In this document: positions 29,933 to 39,109 of the stretch, piece by piece
Layout of the letters: every line of letters starts with the position of its first letter
How positions within the stretch are numbered: position 1 is the stretch's first letter
Source of the DNA: Bdellovibrionota bacterium
GTDB taxonomy: Bacteria; Bdellovibrionota_C; UBA2361; JBGSMV01
Length of the DNA: 64,000 nt
Direction of reading: 5' to 3'
NCBI GenBank assembly: GCA_041739995.1
Contig: JBGSMV010000047.1
Span: forward strand, 224,001-288,000
Notes under the pieces: model-generated
Database searches by the model: none
What the model was told of the DNA's origin: nothing
What the model saw: the letters and a program-made list of their open reading frames with translations, nothing else
Translations under genes and position numbers: made by a program

Positions 29933-30876
29933 AGCTGCCCCGAGGGTTTGGCATGCATTAAAAAGTAATCTTCAAGGCTTGGTCTGTGAATCGTCACGCG
30001 TGAATATGAAATGTTGCTGCGCGAGAGTTGAATAAAGAGTTCCGCTTCTTTCCCCTCGTGGACTTCAATGGACACCGATTTCTCAGTGTTAACGAACGTA
30101 TATTGGAAATCCTTTAGTAACTGAAGCATTGACTCAGTGGCGGCAGGTTCTAGTTCTACAATGGAACCGCCTGCTTCTGCGGCTAAATTGCGCGGGGTGT
30201 CTACCGCTAGAATCTTGCCGGCTCTCAAGAACACGACACGATCACAGAGCTCAGTAACTTCTTCCATGTTGTGGGAAGAGAACAGAATGGAAGTCCCATC
30301 TTCTTCTCTTTGGGTCGCCACGAACTCTTGAACTTCCTGGGCGATATCCGGATCGAGAGAAGCAGTCGGCTCATCAAGCAGGGCAATCGTGGGCCGAGGA
30401 AGAAATGCGCGCGCGAGCATCACGCGCGTTCGCTCTCCTGCAGAGAGTTGTCCTACTCGCTTATGACGGTGATCGTGGGCACGAAAGCGTGTAAGCATCT
30501 CTTCGATGCGTTCACGACGCGCGGGAGCGGGAAGGCCGTAAATGCGCCCGTGTATATCAAGATTCTCTTCGACCGTAAGAAATAGCGGCAGGTTAGTGTA
30601 GGTGCTTGCGAAAGCTACGTGTTGGAGTGCCGCGCTGCGCTCATTTGCAAGTGAGTGCCCCATAACTCGAATAGTTCCAGAGTCGGGACGTAAGACCGAA
30701 ATTATCATGCGAATGGTGGTCGTCTTTCCCGCGCCGTTGGGGCCAAGTAGTCCTACAATCTCGCCGCGTGCTACCGAGAAACTAAGATCGTGAACTGCGA
30801 AGCGATCTTTAGATTGCGCAAATTTCTTTGAAACGCCTTCGACTTGAAGCGCCGGCTCTGAAGCTAATGGGCTCAT
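29929..30876 (-). CDS. ABC transporter ATP-binding protein
   Basis: GPNGAGKTT, LSAGE, LLDEPT, SSH; 4-nt overlap with the permease gene. Confidence 0.93.
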   Translation of the reverse strand: MSPLASEPALQVEGVSKKFAQSKDRFAVHDLSFSVARGEIVGLLGPNGAGKTTTIRMIISVLRPDSGTIRVMGHSLANERSAALQHVAFASTYTNLPLFLTVEENLDIHGRIYGLPAPARRERIEEMLTRFRAHDHRHKRVGQLSAGERTRVMLARAFLPRPTIALLDEPTASLDPDIAQEVQEFVATQREEDGTSILFSSHNMEEVTELCDRVVFLRAGKILAVDTPRNLAAEAGGSIVELEPAATESMLQLLKDFQYTFVNTEKSVSIEVHEGKEAELFIQLSRSNISYSRVTIHRPSLEDYFLMHAKPSGQL

Positions 30877-30918
30877 GTGGGCACAAGGTGAATTTAGAAT
30901 AACTTAATCGAAAGCAGC

Positions 30919-32709
30919 TTAGCTGATTACTACGTCAGCAAAGTTATCCATCAAGCGTTCTTTTACCAGGCGTTTCATGCGATCGACAAAGACTTCGCGC
31001 GAAAGGCTTAGTTGTTCGGTCACGCAATAGCGGCGCAAGGTGACCGTTCCCGCAGCTTCTTCTTTTTCGCCAAGAATCACTATGTTCGGGATCTTTTTGG
31101 TCACTGCAGCACGAATCTTCTTATTGAAGGAGTTATCTGAGAGATCCATCTCTACGCGCATCAGCTCGGCATGCAGAAGATCTCGCAGCTCCTTGGCGTA
31201 CCCTTCGAGAGTCGGCTTCACGGGAATGATCATCGCTTGAGTTGGCGCCAACCAAGTAGGGAAGGCTCCGCCAAAGTGCTCAATCAAGAAGGCTACAAAG
31301 CGTTCATGCGACCCGAGTGGAGCGCGATGAACAATAAAGGGACGATGCTCTTTGCCGTCTTCACCCACATAGGACAGGTTGAATCGAATTGGCTGAGCAA
31401 AGTCGACCTGAGTGGTGCTGATGCTCTCTTCACGGCCGACTACAGTGGTGGCCTGAAAATCAATCTTTGGTCCGTAGAATGCGGCTTCACCAGGTCCAAG
31501 AACGTAGTTAATTCCTGATTCTTCAAGGACCTCATGTACGACCTTCTCTGAGCTCAACCAGAGCTCTGGATTGTCCACGAACTTCTCTGGTTTAGATGCG
31601 TCGTGAGTAGAGTAGCGTGCGGTGACGTTCTGGAAGCGAAAGAGCTTGTAGTAGTCGAGACACATTTGGAAAGTGGCTCGAAGTTCATCCTTCAACTGCT
31701 CAGGTGTGCAATAAATATGAGCGTCGTTTTGCGCGATTGACCGCACTCTTAAGAGCCCGGAAAGTGTCCCAGACGACTCATAGCGATAAACGGTCCCATA
31801 TTCGGCGAAACGAAGTGGAAGCTCTCTGTAACTACGTGGTCGATGACTATAAATCTGATGATGATGCGGGCAATTCATGGGCTTAAGGTAGTAGCGTGAC
31901 TCACCTTCGAGTTCCATGGCGGGATACATGGAGTCTTTGTACATCTCCAAGTGTCCCGACTGCAGATAGAGATCTTCTTTTGCCAGATGCGGTGTTGCTA
32001 CTCTGACGTAGCCGGCACGTGCTTCGACCTCTTTGCCAAAATTCTCAAGTGCTTCTCTAATAGCGGTGCCATTTGGAGTCCAAAGCGGAAGTCCCGCACC
32101 GACCTTGTCCGAGATAATAAAGAGTTCGAGCTCTTTCCCGAGTTTCCTATGATCGCGCTCGAGCGCTAGCTTTCGGTTCTCAATATACTGATTGAGTTCT
32201 TGTTTATTCTGAAACACGAGCATGTAAAGCCGCGAGAGTTGAGGGTTCTTCTCGCTTCCTCTCCAGTAGGCACCCGCGATTGAATCAATTTTAAAACAGT
32301 CAGGAGGAATTTTGCCGGTGTGTTCAAGGTGTGGTCCCGCACACATGTCTTCGAATGGACCGTTGGTATAAAATCCGATGGTGGTTTCTCCGCCGGAGAC
32401 CAACTCTTCGCAGTACTCAGCTTTAAATCCTTGACCAAGCGAGCGCAGATGCGCGATTGCCTCTGCGGCAGGCAGCTTCGATCCTACGAACTCCTGACGC
32501 GCCGCGATGATCTTTCGCATGCGACCTTGAATATCGTCGAAGTCTTCAGGTGAGAGTGGAGTCTCAAACAGAAAATCGTAATAGCATCCGTTGTCGATTG
32601 GAGGACCGAACGCAAGCTTGGCATTCGGACGGATCTGCAACACGGCTTGGGCCAGAACGTGGGCAAGCGAGTGGCGGAGCTTGTAGAGTGGGTCGTTGGT
32701 TTTTTCCAT
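30919..32709 (-). CDS. thrS: Threonine--tRNA ligase (lacks N-terminal TGS domain)
   Basis: RHSLAH, DMCAGPH, RDHRKLG, KPMNCP, GEAAFYGPKID and HRAPLGSHERF motifs. Confidence 0.97.
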   Translation of the reverse strand: MEKTNDPLYKLRHSLAHVLAQAVLQIRPNAKLAFGPPIDNGCYYDFLFETPLSPEDFDDIQGRMRKIIAARQEFVGSKLPAAEAIAHLRSLGQGFKAEYCEELVSGGETTIGFYTNGPFEDMCAGPHLEHTGKIPPDCFKIDSIAGAYWRGSEKNPQLSRLYMLVFQNKQELNQYIENRKLALERDHRKLGKELELFIISDKVGAGLPLWTPNGTAIREALENFGKEVEARAGYVRVATPHLAKEDLYLQSGHLEMYKDSMYPAMELEGESRYYLKPMNCPHHHQIYSHRPRSYRELPLRFAEYGTVYRYESSGTLSGLLRVRSIAQNDAHIYCTPEQLKDELRATFQMCLDYYKLFRFQNVTARYSTHDASKPEKFVDNPELWLSSEKVVHEVLEESGINYVLGPGEAAFYGPKIDFQATTVVGREESISTTQVDFAQPIRFNLSYVGEDGKEHRPFIVHRAPLGSHERFVAFLIEHFGGAFPTWLAPTQAMIIPVKPTLEGYAKELRDLLHAELMRVEMDLSDNSFNKKIRAAVTKKIPNIVILGEKEEAAGTVTLRRYCVTEQLSLSREVFVDRMKRLVKERLMDNFADVVIS

Positions 32710-32877
32710 ACAGGACTATGAAAATCGGCTGTTAACGCAAGGAAAGCCAGGAGGATACGGCCTCTTTGGCGACGGATCAACTTACGGAAATAGGGGCGCC
32801 ATATCATCCGCAAGGTCTGGTGTGGAGCCAATGGGGAGGGTGAGGGGCGAGCCACTCCCTCGGGTTGGAGCGAGACG

Positions 32878-33423
32878 CTACTGCCCTCTCGACCAGACCG
32901 GACGTGGGGCGCGGTGCCAGAGTATAGATTCCACGGTGGCCATGGCGGCTTCAATGCCCTTGTTAGAACTGCCTTTGCTTCTTGCGATCAGGTCCTCAAG
33001 CTGGTGCACCGGCATGATTTCCATAATAATGGGAACCTCTAATTCATACATGGCGCGGCCAATTTCGCGAATGCAGGTATCCAAAATCACCTGATAATGG
33101 TCGGTCTCGCCTTTAACGATAGCTCCGAAGGTTACAATGGCGTCATATGCGCGCTCGGATTGAGCCGAGCCAGCGCCCTTAGCCAAGCGCTTTACGGCCA
33201 GGGGCAACTCGTAGCACCCCGGAACTTGGAAAAGCGAGACCTTCACACAGCCTGTTTGAACGAGCATGTCAGTGCAGGCAATTACCATTCGATCGGTGTG
33301 CTCGGCATGCCAGCGAGCTTGAACAATGGCAACCCGAGAGCCCTTCAAGAGGGTTTTGTCACTCTCAGAAAGCGTAGGCATACTGTCATAGCTTTGTTTC
33401 ATGTGGATCTTTGAAAAAGACAA
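32878..33423 (-). CDS. ribH: 6,7-dimethyl-8-ribityllumazine synthase
   Basis: AIVQARW, VPGCYELP, GAIVKGETDH and NKGIEAA motifs; start may be ATG 33402. Confidence 0.92.
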   Translation of the reverse strand: MSFSKIHMKQSYDSMPTLSESDKTLLKGSRVAIVQARWHAEHTDRMVIACTDMLVQTGCVKVSLFQVPGCYELPLAVKRLAKGAGSAQSERAYDAIVTFGAIVKGETDHYQVILDTCIREIGRAMYELEVPIIMEIMPVHQLEDLIARSKGSSNKGIEAAMATVESILWHRAPRPVWSRGQ

Positions 33424-33476
33424 ATACTCTTCAACTGCCCGGTAGGGTAGCGCCTTCCCGAGAGGTTCTCAATTAA

Positions 33477-34370
33477 TTGACATTCGAGCACGGCTCAATG
33501 AGCATAGCTGACATGGGTCCCTATATCTCCCTTATGAAGCTCCGTATTGGGCTGCTCGTTGTTGTCACCACCGCGATCGGCTACTTCATGGCGCGTGGAC
33601 AAATCGAATCTTGGGGTACCTTTGCTCTCACTTTGTTTGGCACATTCCTGAGTAGTTCTGGAGCCGCGGCGCTTAACAATTATCTCGAACGAGATATTGA
33701 CGCTCGAATGTATAGAACCAGGCTGCGACCTCTTCCATCGGGAAAGCTAAGTGCGACGCAGGCTTTAATGTTTGGCCTCGTGTTGACTCTCCTTGGCGTT
33801 GGGCTGCTTTGCTGGCAGGTTAATTTGCTTACTGGCTTTCTCGCGCTGCTCACCAGCTTTTTGTATGTGCTTGTGTACACTCCACTCAAGAGAGTCACTT
33901 GGCTGAACACTATGGTGGGGGCCATTCCTGGAGCACTTCCTCCTGTGGGCGGATGGGCGGCGGCTGAAGGCAGCATAGGTGCCGGCGCATGGATTCTGTT
34001 CCTGATTATGTTCATATGGCAGCAGCCGCATTTTTACGCGATCGCTTGGATGTATCGCGACGACTACCGTGCTGCGGGCTTTAAGATGTTGCCGGTGGTG
34101 GATTCTTTGGAAGGAACACGAACTTTTCGACAAGTGATGATGTTTTCTTGGGCACTTATTCCCGCATCCCTCCTCCCGCTTTGGTTTGGTTCAGTGGGAT
34201 GGTTGTATGCTTTTGGAGCGATTGTGCTGGGGGGCAGTGTATTAATGGTGTCCACCATGTTTAGCCGCTCGAAGTCAATTGCTGACGCGCGACGTCTCTT
34301 GAGAACTACTATCGTGTATCTTCCCTTGATGTTGTTTTTGATTGTGGCTGACGTCCAGTTTTTCGGGTAG
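33477..34370 (+). CDS. cyoE: Protohaem IX farnesyltransferase (haem o synthase)
   Basis: NNYLERDIDARMYRT..RPLPSG, YTPLKR, GAIPGALPP.GGW and WQ.PHFYAIA..YRDDY. Confidence 0.95.
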   Translation: MTFEHGSMSIADMGPYISLMKLRIGLLVVVTTAIGYFMARGQIESWGTFALTLFGTFLSSSGAAALNNYLERDIDARMYRTRLRPLPSGKLSATQALMFGLVLTLLGVGLLCWQVNLLTGFLALLTSFLYVLVYTPLKRVTWLNTMVGAIPGALPPVGGWAAAEGSIGAGAWILFLIMFIWQQPHFYAIAWMYRDDYRAAGFKMLPVVDSLEGTRTFRQVMMFSWALIPASLLPLWFGSVGWLYAFGAIVLGGSVLMVSTMFSRSKSIADARRLLRTTIVYLPLMLFLIVADVQFFG

Positions 34371-34438
34371 AAACTGCGCTTTTTCCCGAAATATTCAAGC
34401 TGGCAATGTCGCCGAAGGCGGCCACCATAGAAAGAAGA

Positions 34439-34966
34439 TTATCGTTCCGACTGCTCTACCGCATCGGTAAGCCGTCGTTGCATCTCTGGATCAAGTGGTG
34501 GAAGCGGTGAGGCGGTAGGAGTCGAAGAATTACTTCGAATCCAGCGAACGATGATTAATCCACCGCCTATTAAGAAAATGCCAGGCACCAACCAGGCCAA
34601 CAGTCCAAAACCGGAAGTAGAAGGAACGGCGCGGATATCGCTACCAAACTTTTGGACAAGCGACTCCATAATTTGATTCTTGTTTTCCCCGCGTTGCAGT
34701 GACGCGCGAATCTCGTTTTTAAGATCCGTGGCTGCGCCACTTGGACAGTCGTGTAAAGAACGACCCGGGCAAAAGGGGCTCATTACTTCAAAGAAAATTT
34801 CCTTTGCGGCTGCTTCGCTTTGCGAAGCCTGATCGCAAAGCGCGGGGGAGGTGAGACCGAAGTTTAAAGCGAGAAGCATCACGAAACAAAGGCCTGCAAA
34901 TCTCTCGAATCGGCGAGGTTTTGCGAGTAGTTTTTCTGAAGCTAGGCAGAACGCACTTTGAGTCAT
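34439..34966 (-). CDS. ccmH: Cytochrome c-type biogenesis protein CcmH/NrfF-like
   Basis: MSPFCPGRSLHDCPS, I...LV.KFG..IRAVP...GFGLLAW..P; ATG 34966 overlaps the ygfZ stop. Confidence 0.8.
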   Translation of the reverse strand: MTQSAFCLASEKLLAKPRRFERFAGLCFVMLLALNFGLTSPALCDQASQSEAAAKEIFFEVMSPFCPGRSLHDCPSGAATDLKNEIRASLQRGENKNQIMESLVQKFGSDIRAVPSTSGFGLLAWLVPGIFLIGGGLIIVRWIRSNSSTPTASPLPPLDPEMQRRLTDAVEQSER

Positions 34967-35868
34967 AAGAGTGTCCCTTCCAGTCCTGCAATCAGGATGC
35001 GGCAACCAGGCACTAGCGCATCATTGTTCTTGAGGGAAGCAAATGCAAATGAAGAGTTTTCGGAAGGGTCATAAACGACGGAGAGTAGTTTCCCCAGCGG
35101 GGCGTTCTCTGGCGAGGTCACTACGTTCCCTTCGACCAGGACATTGCTCGGCAGCTCTCCGGATATGCTAAGGCGCACCAGCCTTTTTCCTAGTCGACCA
35201 ATTGCATCTACTTTCTCTATGACTTCTTGGCCCACATAGCAGCCCTTTCCAAAAGAAATTGCCTGAGCGAGTCCTGATTCTTGAAAGAGAGAATCTTGAT
35301 GAATCTCGGACGGGAAAGCCGGCTGACCCGAACGAATCCTATGAATTTCGCGACTCGTCTCTGACACTTCGCGTGCACCGTTTTGATGTAAGGTGTCCTG
35401 GATTTTCTGAATGAACTCCCCGTTGCAAAGAAGGTCGAGGCCCTCTACGAAACCGCGGTTAGCTCTGTAGAGTAAGCTGTCAGCAAGCAAGGTGAGCCCA
35501 GCTTCCGGAGCACTAGTTCCAAGAAGTGCAAGTGTTTGGGATGCGGGCGATGTGTGCACTAATTTGTACTCAGATGAGAGGTCCTTGACCTCGACTCGAT
35601 CGGCAACAATGAAGCGCGTAAGCGCTGAGCGTAGTTGGTCGCGATCTCCGGCATCTGCGATAAGTAGAAACTTTGCCTGGTCGAGGGAAGCCACACGAAA
35701 CAGCCCTTCGGTTTTGCCATTTGCGGTCAGCATTGCTGCTTGGCAGATTGAAGGAGAGGGCATCTGACGTATGTCGTACGTCAGGCGTGCATTTAGATAG
35801 CGTCTCGCATCGCGGCCCTCAACCATGAAAATAGATGCGGATGGAATTGAAAAGTAGTGCACCGTCAT
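34963..35868 (-). CDS. ygfZ: YgfZ/GcvT-family folate-binding Fe-S maturation protein
   Basis: G.DARRYL and the signature KGCYVGQE. Confidence 0.9.
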   Translation of the reverse strand: MTVHYFSIPSASIFMVEGRDARRYLNARLTYDIRQMPSPSICQAAMLTANGKTEGLFRVASLDQAKFLLIADAGDRDQLRSALTRFIVADRVEVKDLSSEYKLVHTSPASQTLALLGTSAPEAGLTLLADSLLYRANRGFVEGLDLLCNGEFIQKIQDTLHQNGAREVSETSREIHRIRSGQPAFPSEIHQDSLFQESGLAQAISFGKGCYVGQEVIEKVDAIGRLGKRLVRLSISGELPSNVLVEGNVVTSPENAPLGKLLSVVYDPSENSSFAFASLKNNDALVPGCRILIAGLEGTLL

Positions 35869-35904
35869 ATTTGCTCGGTAAGCATACTTGCCTGATTAAA
35901 TATT

Positions 35905-36171
35905 CTGGTGACTACCGGCGGATCACTAGTGTTCCGTCTTAATAATAACTTTACAATAGTGAACAGCAGTGGGACAGAACACTAGACCACCGTTGCTGGT
36001 CTAGTCATGACCTCAATGGCCTAACTAGACTCGCTCCAAGTTCCGCGTGGGGCCCTTTAACCCCACGCTTCGCGTCGCTCCAACCGCTCCGCGGTTACGC
36101 TGCCCATACCTGGGCAGCCTAGTGTTGCGTAAGCAGCGTATTGTAAAGAAGCGTTAGTTACACAACACTAG
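35905..36171. repeat. Tandem chain of CTAG-delimited inverted-repeat cassettes
   Basis: CTAG at 35926, 35982, 36001, 36025, 36119 and 36168; the segment between each pair has self-complementary ends. Confidence 0.75.
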
Positions 36172-36172
36172 C

Positions 36173-37051
36173 TTAGCGAAGAATCTTTCCAAGGCGATCG
36201 CGCCAAGATGGATCCCAGGACCAATAGATGATCATGGCACGGCCCTTCACATTTTGGATACTCAGCCAGGGTGAGTCATCCCAAAATCTGCTATCTCGGG
36301 AGTGATCACGGTTGTCCCCGAGCATAAAAATGTGGCCTGCAGGCACTCGCTCAGGACCAAAGTTCTTAATGCCGTTGAGCTCGTAACGTGCGTATGGCTC
36401 GTAGGACATCTGATTGTTAATTAGCACCTTTGTATTTCGCACCTCGATCAAGTCACCCGGAATTCCAACCACGCGCTTGATAATATTAGTGGAAGGGTCC
36501 TCATCTCGAGTAAAGACAACGATATCGCCGCGCACAGGCTCGCCGTACTGGTAGAGAAAACCGGAGAGAAGCGGGAGGCGCAATCCATACGAAAGTTTGC
36601 TTACCAGGATGTGGTCACCGATCCGAAGAGTCGGAACCATGGAAGCCGAGGGGATTTTAAATGCCTCGACCACTGAGGCGCGCAGAAAGAATGCCAGAAC
36701 AAGAAAGAGCGCAACTGTTTTGAGAAATGAAATGACTTCTTGTTTTGCAGTAGGCGGTGGCGGAGTGGGGGCGTTTTCGACCTCAGGCGTTAAGACGGCC
36801 TCGAGCGGTTCAACATAGGCTTCCAGCTCTGTTGTCGCGGTAATGGGATCTATGGCTTCGTCATGTAGGCCATTCTGGGACCCAAGGTCTTCCGCCGAAT
36901 TTTTTGAATCTATGCTCAAAGACTTTCCATTTCCTGGGATATTCGCGTTGGTGTTCTCGGAGCCATCCTTGTGATCAGCCAATTCTGCGGAGTCGCTATC
37001 AATCGAACCTGGGCGTTCTGTGGTCACTGTGTAAAAATCTCCAGCCTGCAA
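36173..37051 (-). CDS. lepB: Signal peptidase I with acidic N-terminal extension
   Basis: IPSASMVPTL..GD (catalytic Ser), IKRVVG.PGD (catalytic Lys), GDNRDHSRDSRFW. Confidence 0.95.
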   Translation of the reverse strand: MQAGDFYTVTTERPGSIDSDSAELADHKDGSENTNANIPGNGKSLSIDSKNSAEDLGSQNGLHDEAIDPITATTELEAYVEPLEAVLTPEVENAPTPPPPTAKQEVISFLKTVALFLVLAFFLRASVVEAFKIPSASMVPTLRIGDHILVSKLSYGLRLPLLSGFLYQYGEPVRGDIVVFTRDEDPSTNIIKRVVGIPGDLIEVRNTKVLINNQMSYEPYARYELNGIKNFGPERVPAGHIFMLGDNRDHSRDSRFWDDSPWLSIQNVKGRAMIIYWSWDPSWRDRLGKILR

Positions 37052-37287
37052 TCGAAGGGGTAAATACTACATTCATTCCAAGAGAGCTGCCACTAGAAGC
37101 CGATTAAGTAGTGCTTGTGATGAAGTGCCAGCAGGCCCCTCTCTGACGGGCGAACACTTAACAGTTTGCCTCAGAATGCTTCAGTCTGGCAAGAAAGCGA
37201 GCGTTTTAGGCTGACTCATGCGGCGTAGATCAGAGCAAGACTGCGGGAGGCTCTCCCCTCGGTTACGAGAGACTCGCGATGACCTGC

Positions 37288-37608
37288 TTAGGCATTAAAC
37301 TGTTGTCGACGGCCAAAGACCACTGTGCTGCAATCGACGCTAATGCCTTCCTCTTTCCCCGTTACTGTTGAGACAAATATGCCTGGCTCGAAAGCTCTTT
37401 CTTTGAGGAGCTGAATCTTGTCGCTGTCTGGAATGGTCATGTTGGCGCGGATTGAGAAGTTAATCTCTACCGTCACGCTGCCCGGGGTGTCGTCCAAAAT
37501 TTTGGTGATCATGCCGTAGATTGGATACGTCTGTCCTATTTGGACTTCTCCGGCCGCTACTTCAAGACCAAATTTTTCGAAGAAGTTTACGTCGCTTCCA
37601 TTTTCCAT
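37288..37608 (-). CDS. Hypothetical beta-rich protein (106 aa)
   Basis: ATG with upstream GAGGA; natural amino-acid composition; no family recognised. Confidence 0.7.
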   Translation of the reverse strand: MENGSDVNFFEKFGLEVAAGEVQIGQTYPIYGMITKILDDTPGSVTVEINFSIRANMTIPDSDKIQLLKERAFEPGIFVSTVTGKEEGISVDCSTVVFGRRQQFNA

Positions 37609-37852
37609 GACTGCGTTCCTCTACGGTGTTTGCATACTTAACAAACCTCTTGGCAGAATCCCAAGCTGGCTTGAAAGCGCCAAGTGTTCTCAAACAGCGT
37701 GACAGCTCTACCCTAATATCTGGACCTCAAAGCGACTTGCTTCAGTGGGTTTCCCACAGGCTAGCAGTGGCTGTCGAATAACCAAGCTAAACGGCTGATA
37801 ATACCGAGCTATCTTGCGCATAGCATTGTGGAAAAACTGAGGAAAACATCCA

Positions 37853-39109
37853 CTAAGGTTGATAAAGCCCTGCTGAGGAGAATGTTACGACACAGCCGGC
37901 CTGCTTATGTACCGCTTGGTGATATCCGAATTCTTCGTAGTCGTAATGTTTGCCAAGGCGGTCAAGCACGTCGATAGCGGTATATAAGGTCGGAAAGCCG
38001 CAGATTCTGCGTTGGTCTTGGTCTTCGCAAATGTGCTCAAAAATGCGGCGCTTGTCCTGGGCTGCGATAGCGTTCAAGTACTGCCGGTCTCGCCCGGCCA
38101 CCGCCTCAAGCCACTCGGCGTCAATTTCACGCGAGTCTCCAAACTGAGAGCCGATGTGAGCCATATCAACGCCGGCGATAATGCAGACTCGTCGTCCTTC
38201 GGATATCTCAGAAGCAATGGATTCGAAAAGAGCGCCGGCAAATGATTCATACTCGTCGTACTCGTTGGGCAGCCGTTGGTCAGCGACATAGCGATGAAAG
38301 CTTCCCACCAGAATGGGACAAAACACAGCCTTGGACTGAACTGTGCGTTGAATAAATGGCAGCTGAAGTTCGAGCGAGTGCTCTCGTCGATGCAGGAACT
38401 CATCTTCAAAACTTCTTGAGATTCCATAACGGTTTGCCAAGCGGTCTGAAAAATTCGTTGCGTTTGGCACGATGCCGAGCGGCGTCAGGAAATCCTTGCG
38501 GGTGAGATGAAACACGTTCTTGCTATACTGATGCGAGGTACCAATCACTATGAACAGGTCGTGCGGAGCGCCTCGAAGGTGTCGATATCCAGCGCCGTAG
38601 CAAGCCCCGCCGCGCTGATAGTCAATGTGCGGTGCGATCAGCCCCATCAAATTGTCGACCGTATGAGGACCGGGTGAGTTAGGTTCTGATTGCGATGGGG
38701 TTCCAAGATAGGAGTCGATTTCGTTTCCGAGCGCGAGCGGATCTGCGCTGTAGCTTAAGCCCGCGAGTGCCGCCGCTCGTTGTGACGAGGAGCTAAAGTC
38801 TTCTCGTATAGCTTGCTCGGCAGAGAAATATCGGGGAGAGGCTAAAAAGAGATGCTCGTCAAGAAGCTTGGCGAGTTGCTGAATAAGCTCTCTTTGTACC
38901 CCATGGCCACTAAACTTTTGAGCGATCTGATCTATTGAGAGCTGCCCTTCGAAGTGCGCCAGCAGGGGGGCGACGGCGGATTTGAGAATGAGAGGCTGTG
39001 GAGAGATCCCGAGTGGGCACTGAATGACCAGCACTGGTTGGTCTTGGGACTGATCCATTCGAACGTCGATTGGCCAGCGAAGTTTGGGATAGTGCAGCGG
39101 GTCTGTCAT
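37853..39109 (-). CDS. amrB: MEMO1-family protein (AmmeMemoRadiSam protein B) with N-terminal PqqD-like extension
   Basis: A.AGLSY, IAPHIDY, IGTSH, H.REHSLELQLPF, D.AHIG..FGD and ICG motifs. Confidence 0.85.
   Translation of the reverse strand: MTDPLHYPKLRWPIDVRMDQSQDQPVLVIQCPLGISPQPLILKSAVAPLLAHFEGQLSIDQIAQKFSGHGVQRELIQQLAKLLDEHLFLASPRYFSAEQAIREDFSSSSQRAAALAGLSYSADPLALGNEIDSYLGTPSQSEPNSPGPHTVDNLMGLIAPHIDYQRGGACYGAGYRHLRGAPHDLFIVIGTSHQYSKNVFHLTRKDFLTPLGIVPNATNFSDRLANRYGISRSFEDEFLHRREHSLELQLPFIQRTVQSKAVFCPILVGSFHRYVADQRLPNEYDEYESFAGALFESIASEISEGRRVCIIAGVDMAHIGSQFGDSREIDAEWLEAVAGRDRQYLNAIAAQDKRRIFEHICEDQDQRRICGFPTLYTAIDVLDRLGKHYDYEEFGYHQAVHKQAGCVVTFSSAGLYQP

Noticed and set aside
30919..32709. 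Truncated thrS pseudogene
   Set aside because: Loss of the TGS domain is a known natural variant; the editing, catalytic and anticodon-binding domains are intact.
35905..36171. CRISPR array or integron attC cassette array
   Set aside because: The only constant element is a 4-bp CTAG, unit lengths vary from 23 to 98 bp, there are no RYYYAAC/GTTRRRY ends, and no cas or intI gene is in the window.
37741..37857. Possible fourth MITE family (cagtgggtttcccacag ... ctgaggaaaacatccactaag)
   Set aside because: The inverted ends are too degenerate and there is no second copy in the window.
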